The notes under the pieces: generated by a model | What the model saw: only the letters and a program-made list of their open reading frames with translations | What the model was told of the DNA's origin: nothing | Database searches by the model: none | Assembly: GCA_964247135.1 (NCBI GenBank) | Contig: CAXTTL010000140.1 | Span: 1-12,630 of the forward strand | DNA length: 12,630 bases | Direction of reading: 5' to 3' | Source of the DNA: an uncultured Deinococcales bacterium | GTDB taxonomy: Bacteria; Deinococcota; Deinococci; Deinococcales; JAAFIG01 | Position numbers and translations under genes: made by a program | In this document: positions 7,311 to 12,630 of the stretch, one piece after another | Layout: each line of letters opens with the position of its first letter | Position numbering within the stretch: the first letter of the stretch is position 1

Positions 7311-8309
7311 ATGAGAATAGGATTCACCACCAATCGAACAATCATCACGCTTCTGTTCGCGCTCGCCGCAGTCGCCTGCGACGGGACTAAGCCACCCACA
7401 GAGCCGCCGCCGCCACCCCCTCCAGGTGATACGACCCCGCCCAGCATTGTTTCCGTCACGCCCAACAACGGTGCGATTGGCGTGGCGAAGGATGCCAAGA
7501 TCAGGATTGAGTTCAGTGAGCCGATGAACCGCCAGGCGACTGAACTTGCCTACCAGTCCGCTGATATGCCCGCCGTGAGTTTCACATGGTTCAGCAACGA
7601 CACGAAGCTCGAGATTGATCCCGTGAGCGACCTCGAGTACACAAACACTGGTAAGCTCTACAACTTCAAACTTAAAAACACGGCGACCGATGTGGCAGGC
7701 AACGCACTCGCGGCGTTTGGCTCGAGCTTCACGACCTTTAAGGAACTGACCAGAAAGTTGATCAGCGACGATGCGCTGAACGGCTTCGTTCGCGGGGATG
7801 GCTTTGTGGATACAACGCATGACGTCGTTGCTGGCGACAGCAGCGTCACGGATAACGCGCAGCTTAAAGGCTTCTTCGGCTTCGACCTCTCGAGCCTCGA
7901 GACGGATGGTCTGACCGTGCCAGACAACATCGCCTCGGCGACCTTGCGCGTCAATCAATTCGGGGTGCGAGGCTCGCCTTACACCGACCTCATCCTGGGG
8001 AACAAGCACTTGCTTGCGGCTCACGTGGATTATGGCGCGGTTCTCAATTTCAACGATTTCAACACGCCGATCTTGCACGACTTGGGCGACCTCTCAACCG
8101 ACGCGAGCCTTGGCTACAAGACCAACTCGAATGCCCTCGAGTCCGTGAAGGATGACTGGACGAACCGCACCACGCGCAAGAACCGATCTCAGTTCATGCT
8201 CTTCTTCCCGAAGACAACCGATGGCGACGGCATCACGGACGACGTTCGCTTGGGCAGCAGGGCTGGCGCAAACCCGCCCGAACTCACGGTGACATTCCTG
8301 GTTCCATAA
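7311..8309 (+). CDS. Lipoprotein with Big_5/SbsA-type Ig domain and C-terminal DNRLRE-like beta-sandwich, 332 aa
   Basis: Signal MRIGFTTNRTIITLLFALAAVAC (lipobox AVAC), poly-Pro linker, Ig motif DTTPPSIVSVTPNNGA..IRIEFSEPMN..ATDVAGNAL, then FFGFDLSSL..IASATLRV..PPELTVTF. Confidence 0.82.
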   Translation: MRIGFTTNRTIITLLFALAAVACDGTKPPTEPPPPPPPGDTTPPSIVSVTPNNGAIGVAKDAKIRIEFSEPMNRQATELAYQSADMPAVSFTWFSNDTKLEIDPVSDLEYTNTGKLYNFKLKNTATDVAGNALAAFGSSFTTFKELTRKLISDDALNGFVRGDGFVDTTHDVVAGDSSVTDNAQLKGFFGFDLSSLETDGLTVPDNIASATLRVNQFGVRGSPYTDLILGNKHLLAAHVDYGAVLNFNDFNTPILHDLGDLSTDASLGYKTNSNALESVKDDWTNRTTRKNRSQFMLFFPKTTDGDGITDDVRLGSRAGANPPELTVTFLVP

Positions 8310-8404
8310 GCTCAGGAAACGTCTTTTCAGTTCTTGCTCACACCCTAAAACACTGCTTGGATACAAGATGCTCGAGCCAGTTTGCTTGAGAAAGGACGAT
8401 CTCG

Positions 8405-8656
8405 ATGCGCACCGCCGATCCTGTGGGCTACCTCGCCTCGATTTTGGTGCTGACCGCCTTCTGTATGAGCGGCATGGTGGCACTGCGGGTCACCGCCATC
8501 GCCAGCAACCTGGCGTTCATCGTCTACGCCGCGCTTTCCGGCATCGAGCCGGTGCTGTTGCTGCACGTGCTGTTGCTCCCCGTGAACGTCTATCGCCTGA
8601 TCCAAGCCCTGCGCTTTGAGCGCCGAGCCATGCCCGAAGCATCTCGGCTGTCTTGA
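8405..8656 (+). CDS. Small three-helix membrane protein resembling the YgjV-like membrane module often fused to cyclic-nucleotide-binding domains, 83 aa
   Basis: GAAAGGA at 8390-8396. Pattern VGYLASILVLTAFCM..MVALRVTAIASNLAFIVY....PVLLLHVLLLPVNVYRL. Confidence 0.75.
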   Translation: MRTADPVGYLASILVLTAFCMSGMVALRVTAIASNLAFIVYAALSGIEPVLLLHVLLLPVNVYRLIQALRFERRAMPEASRLS

Positions 8657-8791
8657 TCGATCTTGCCGCATCAAACTCTCGCCCTCGAGCCAGACCGAAC
8701 GAACTCGAGACCCACCCGTGAAAAACGCCTTCAAGTTCCCTTGGATTGTCCCATTCGATGCTCAGTCAACCCATCCTTAAAGGAGAAAATC

Positions 8792-9382
8792 ATGAAAACA
8801 CTTCAATTTATGTTGATCGTCCTGATCGGTTCGTTGTTCGCCGCCTGCGGTCCGACAAAACCGCTCGATCAAACCGAAGAACCCGCCATGGCAGACCCGT
8901 ACAACTACGTCCTGGACGGACAACCCACCACCCCCCAGACCCTCGAGCGCCTGAGCGCACAGGGCATCCACCTGAGCTACTTCGTACCGTCCGGCTGGGA
9001 TGGCAAAACCATGCAAGCCTTCAGCACCGAGGCTGGACTGAACGCGGCGAAGGCGCAACAGGATCAACGAATTCAAACGCAGAGCTTCTGCGTCGCGCTC
9101 CAGACCAACACCAAGTTCTACGACGGCGTGAACTACAGCGGTGCCAGCCTCGAGCTTGGCAGGAGCACCTCGTTTATGGATTTGGCGGCTGTCAACATCA
9201 ACGGACGGAATTGGGACAACGACATCAGTTCGGTCAAGGGCGTGGATTGTGGGTACACGTACCTGTATGACTGGGTTAACCCCAACATTGTGATCTCACC
9301 AGGCACAGACTTGTCTGCCCTGCCCTCCCCGTACAACACCGGACCCGGGTTGAGCACGATCTCAGCCATCGCCGTGAATTAA
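8792..9382 (+). CDS. Lipoprotein with C-terminal beta/gamma-crystallin-like domain, 196 aa
   Basis: AAGGAG at 8780-8785 before ATG 8792. Lipobox FAAC. Greek-key signature FYDGVNYSG ... WDNDISSVK; the second motif is degenerate (LYDWVN ... TISAI). Confidence 0.8.
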   Translation: MKTLQFMLIVLIGSLFAACGPTKPLDQTEEPAMADPYNYVLDGQPTTPQTLERLSAQGIHLSYFVPSGWDGKTMQAFSTEAGLNAAKAQQDQRIQTQSFCVALQTNTKFYDGVNYSGASLELGRSTSFMDLAAVNINGRNWDNDISSVKGVDCGYTYLYDWVNPNIVISPGTDLSALPSPYNTGPGLSTISAIAVN

Positions 9383-9389
9383 GTCGCCA

Positions 9390-9409
9390 GTCCCCGCTCG
9401 AGCGGGGAC
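9390..9409. repeat. Perfect 20-bp palindrome GTCCCCGCTCGAGCGGGGAC; possible terminator/attenuator or RNA-stabilising hairpin
   Basis: Self-complementary, begins 7 nt after the stop at 9382. A T4 run follows at 9417-9420, not immediately adjacent. Confidence 0.7.
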
Positions 9410-9443
9410 GAGCCTCTTTTCTCGAGCACACAAGGAGCAAGCA

Positions 9444-12434
9444 ATGAACTTCCGCAACCTGAAACATGTTTTCGCTACGGTCTTCACCATCGCCCTCGCC
9501 GCGTGCGGTGGGGGTGCGCCGCCCACGCCACCGCCCGTGACCGTCACCATCGGCACGGCGGGCGGCATGGTCAACGGTCCGTCCGGTGCGACGGTCGTCA
9601 TTCCGAACGGCGCACTCTCGCAGGACACGCCCATCGGCATTGCGCAGACGGATGTGGGAGCGCCTGCCCTGTCCGCTGGCACAACCACTTTCGGCGCGAT
9701 GTTCGCCTTCACCCCGCACGGCTCGAGTTTCGCCAAGCCCGTGACGATGACCGTGCCGTTTGACCCAAGCAAAGTACCCGTTGGAACCACGCCCGTATTG
9801 CTCAAGACCAATGCCGCGATGAATGGCTGGGACGTGGTGGCTGGGGCTACGGTGAACGGCAACGTCATGAACGGACAGGTGACGGGCTTTTCGCTCGCCA
9901 TCGTCACACTACCGCCCCTCGAGCGCGGTGCTCCAGTGCGGACAGTGTACGTCGCTAAACTGGACTCGGCTCGCAACCCCGTTGAACCCGTCTTGGAATC
10001 GGACAAGACGATCCAGCCTGATGGCAAGTTGGATAAACCTTATGAATTCGGCACCGCCGAATTCCCCGACCCGAGTGACCCAAACGATGATCCGAATGTG
10101 GCGAATGGGCGGGTCTTTTCCAGCGCAAACGGGGTGACGTACTTTGTTTCGAACGAAGCCCCTCACGGTGAAGGCAGTCGCATCAAGTATGAACAGAAGC
10201 AGGGTTACATCAAGCGTGCCGATAACGCCAAGCTGCAACTGATCGTGACCAAAGTCCGCATGGAGGCACTTGACTTTAATGAAGATGATCTCCTTAAGTT
10301 GTGTACAGCCAAAAAAAACAGTCCAGAGCGCCTTCTTTGCGAAAAAGGTATGCTTGGATGGCTTGAATACAACGTAGATGTTTTCCAGGGTGACAAAGAT
10401 GCTATTGGTAGGCGCATTTTCAAAGGTCTTGCCACTGCCCATTTGGAGGGTTGGAAGAACCATTGGCAGCTTGACGCGACTTTTGCAGGTTCTGAGTCTG
10501 CCAGGCTTTTTGCCGAACCTTTGTGGGATAACAGTAAGTTCAGTCTCGACAAAGACGTAGATAAGGATGGAACGGGTCATCACGCCAAGCTGGAACTCAC
10601 GAAGCCGCTTGTGATCAACATAGACCTGTCCAAGATAACAGCGAACAAAGACCCATCCAACTTGGTGGACGGGGCGTTCACGGTTAAGGCTACAGTGTTT
10701 TCGGATGTCCTTAGCAAAAGATCGGGGGAAAACTACCTTGGTGCCTTTCTGCGCGACCCGCAGAAAGTTGACGGCGACGTGCAGATCATCACCGAAGGAC
10801 TCGAGCCGACCGACCCATCCCCGCTCGGTCCGCCCGCGACCGACCCCAACCTGCCTCCGAGCTGCGCCTCTCTCCCATCGGCAGGAACCCTGAGCTTTAT
10901 CTCGCCCGATTACACCACCGCCGAGTCGGTCGGAGCCGCAGGAGCCGATCTGCTGATCGCCCGCATTGGCGGCAACGCGGGTGAGGTGAGCGCAACCGTG
11001 ACCACCAGCGACGATACCGCCAAGGCGGGGACGGACTACGAGCCGCTGAGCACCACCGTCACCTTCAAGGACGGCGATGACCTGCCGAAGTATGTCAGTG
11101 TGCCGCTGATTTACAGCTCGAGCAGTGAGCCGACCAAAAGCTTTAACGTCAGCTTGTCCAAACCCACTGGCTGCGGCAGCCTTGGCTTGGACAAAACGGT
11201 CGTCAACATCTTGGACGACACCCGTTCATTGCCAACACCGAGCGGTCTTGATCCCAGCTTCGGCAACGGCGGCAAGGTCACGACGGACAAGTTCGGCGGC
11301 AAGAATTCGGCGATGGCGCTGCAAAAGGACGGCAAGATCGTAATGGTCGGCGGCTCGAGCACCGATTTTGTTCTCGCCCGGTACAATGCCGACGGCAGCC
11401 TAGACACGGGCTTCGGCAGCGGCGGCAAGGTCACGACCGATGTCGTGGGCAGCCTCGAGGAACACGCGAACGGTGTGGCGATCCAAGCGGACGGCAAAAT
11501 CGTGGTGGTGGGTGACACGGGTGTGTTCACCAGCCCGAACAAGGACCGCTTCAGTTTCGCGCTCGTGCGCTACAACTCAGATGGCAGCTTGGACACCAGT
11601 TTCGGCATGGGTGGCAAGGTCACCAGCGGCGTGGTTGGGCAGGCTCGCGCGGTCGCACTGCAAGCCGACGGCAAGATCGTGGTCGTTGGAGACACGCTGG
11701 TCTTCGGCAGGATGAATGACTTCTCCGATTTCGTCGTGGCGAGGTACAACACCGACGGCAGCCTCGACTCGAGCTTCGGAAGCAATGGTCAGAATTTTAT
11801 GGATGTCGGCGGCACGAACCAGGCGTTCAATGTCGCCCTTCAGTCCGACGGTAAGATCGTGGTGAGCGGCAGCCCGATTGGTGTCAGCACCAGCGACAAC
11901 CACACCGACATCGCACGCTTTACCTCGAGTGGAAACCCAGATGGCAGCTTCGATAAGGATGCCATGCTCCAGATCAGCGGTCTGCGGGCGGGCGACGGAC
12001 TGGTGATCCAACCAGATGGCAAACTCGTGCTGGTGGGAAATGTTGAAACGGCGATTCCGCCCGCCACCGCCGTCCAGTTTGCCCTAATGCGCCTGGCAGC
12101 GGACGGCAGTCTGGACAATAGCTTCGGCAGCGCTGGTCTGGTCAAAACCGCGTTCGCGGCTCGCAGCGACAGGGCGCGGTCGGTCGCGCTGCAAGCCGAC
12201 GGTAAAATCCTCGTGGCGGGGCAAAGCAACGACTTTTTGTTCGCGCTCGCACGCTACAACCCTGACGGCACGCCAGACTCGAGCTTCCGCTCGGACGGCA
12301 AGCTGACCATCGGGTTTGGCATCCAGGATGGGGCTGAAAGCGTGGCGCTTCAGCCAGACGGCAAGATCGTTCTCGGCGGCTTCTCGCGGAGTGCCTCGAG
12401 CATCGGGTACGCCCTGGCTCGCCTCATTCCCTGA
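9444..12434 (+). CDS. Large surface lipoprotein: ZU5-like domain, unknown domain, Calx-beta, and delta-60 (DUF5122-type) repeat propeller, 996 aa
   Basis: AAGGAG at 9432-9437; lipobox LAAC. ZU5-like TIGTAGG..VVIPNGAL..FTPHGSSFAKPVTMTVPF; Calx-beta GTLSF..TAKAGTDY..TVTFKDGD..EPTKSFNVSLS; seven QxDGK(I/L) repeats. Confidence 0.88.
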   Translation: MNFRNLKHVFATVFTIALAACGGGAPPTPPPVTVTIGTAGGMVNGPSGATVVIPNGALSQDTPIGIAQTDVGAPALSAGTTTFGAMFAFTPHGSSFAKPVTMTVPFDPSKVPVGTTPVLLKTNAAMNGWDVVAGATVNGNVMNGQVTGFSLAIVTLPPLERGAPVRTVYVAKLDSARNPVEPVLESDKTIQPDGKLDKPYEFGTAEFPDPSDPNDDPNVANGRVFSSANGVTYFVSNEAPHGEGSRIKYEQKQGYIKRADNAKLQLIVTKVRMEALDFNEDDLLKLCTAKKNSPERLLCEKGMLGWLEYNVDVFQGDKDAIGRRIFKGLATAHLEGWKNHWQLDATFAGSESARLFAEPLWDNSKFSLDKDVDKDGTGHHAKLELTKPLVINIDLSKITANKDPSNLVDGAFTVKATVFSDVLSKRSGENYLGAFLRDPQKVDGDVQIITEGLEPTDPSPLGPPATDPNLPPSCASLPSAGTLSFISPDYTTAESVGAAGADLLIARIGGNAGEVSATVTTSDDTAKAGTDYEPLSTTVTFKDGDDLPKYVSVPLIYSSSSEPTKSFNVSLSKPTGCGSLGLDKTVVNILDDTRSLPTPSGLDPSFGNGGKVTTDKFGGKNSAMALQKDGKIVMVGGSSTDFVLARYNADGSLDTGFGSGGKVTTDVVGSLEEHANGVAIQADGKIVVVGDTGVFTSPNKDRFSFALVRYNSDGSLDTSFGMGGKVTSGVVGQARAVALQADGKIVVVGDTLVFGRMNDFSDFVVARYNTDGSLDSSFGSNGQNFMDVGGTNQAFNVALQSDGKIVVSGSPIGVSTSDNHTDIARFTSSGNPDGSFDKDAMLQISGLRAGDGLVIQPDGKLVLVGNVETAIPPATAVQFALMRLAADGSLDNSFGSAGLVKTAFAARSDRARSVALQADGKILVAGQSNDFLFALARYNPDGTPDSSFRSDGKLTIGFGIQDGAESVALQPDGKIVLGGFSRSASSIGYALARLIP
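11247..12431 (+). repeat. Seven ~55-aa delta-60-type repeats (LDxSFG..ALQxDGKIVVxG..FxLARYNxDG)
   Basis: QKDGKI, QADGKI, QADGKI, QSDGKI, QPDGKL, QADGKI, QPDGKI. A 7-bladed beta-propeller is inferred. Confidence 0.88.
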
Positions 12435-12579
12435 AGAACATTCCCGCGTTGGTTTGCCGCAAAATCTGCTGCTTTACGGCGCGGTTGGACGGTTTTCTCG
12501 AGCTTGATGCCAGAATCCCACACGATCCAGTTTGGAAGTTTACGGGTGGCGGGAGCATTGAAGCAACATCGAATCTTTC

Positions 12580-12610
12580 AAAACGCGGCATGGCATCATG
12601 TCGCGTTTTT
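12580..12610 (+). terminator. Probable intrinsic terminator
   Basis: 13-bp stem AAAACGCGGCATG / CATGTCGCGTTTT with one G-U pair, loop GCAT, ending in T5; about 145 nt after the stop at 12434. Confidence 0.6.
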
Positions 12611-12630
12611 CACGTCTTTCAGCCTCGAGC

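Larger units (their letters stand above)
150..12629. repeat. Highly iterated palindrome CTCGAG dispersed across the window (~82 copies)
   Basis: Hand count, e.g. 150, 276, 355, 519, 528, 766, 783, 893, 961 ... 12278, 12395, 12497, 12624. About one per 150 bp against about one per 3.5-4 kb expected. Confidence 0.95.

Noticed and set aside
6628-8320. TCAGGAAAC shortly after two stop codons (6628-6636 and 8312-8320)
   Set aside because: Only 9 bp, two copies, with no conserved flanks; compatible with chance.
10311-10318. A8 tract as a phase-variation site
   Set aside because: Short, in frame, and inside an AT-rich segment; no evidence of slippage without reads.
11247-12431. CRISPR array or DGR template/variable repeats
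   Set aside because: The repeats are degenerate protein-coding units differing at synonymous positions; there are no constant repeats with spacers and no reverse transcriptase.
150-12629. CTCGAG sites as XhoI cloning or ligation artefacts
   Set aside because: Reading frames and conserved protein motifs run uninterrupted through dozens of sites in all three phases.

Overview
Bacterial accessory region, probably Deinococcota-like (inferred from a leaderless -10 promoter, a SARP/BTAD-TPR regulator and many lipoproteins). In order it carries: a CoxM/XdhB-type FAD subunit and a bidirectional terminator; on the minus strand, a SARP/BTAD-TPR regulator that runs in frame into a subtilisin (S8) domain broken by one TGA; then a divergent, all plus-strand run of a secreted gluzincin metalloprotease, a hypothetical protein coupled to an atypical SufS-like PLP enzyme, a zinc-ribbon protein, an Ig-domain lipoprotein, a small membrane protein, a beta/gamma-crystallin lipoprotein, and a 996-aa ZU5/Calx-beta/7-repeat propeller lipoprotein. 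The strongest signal is not a gene: the palindrome CTCGAG occurs about 82 times by hand count against about 3-4 expected, in all three codon phases. It sits just upstream of many RBSs and is absent from compositionally foreign segments, which suggests a HIP1-like iterated-palindrome system. All counts and GC values are manual, and no database searches were run.
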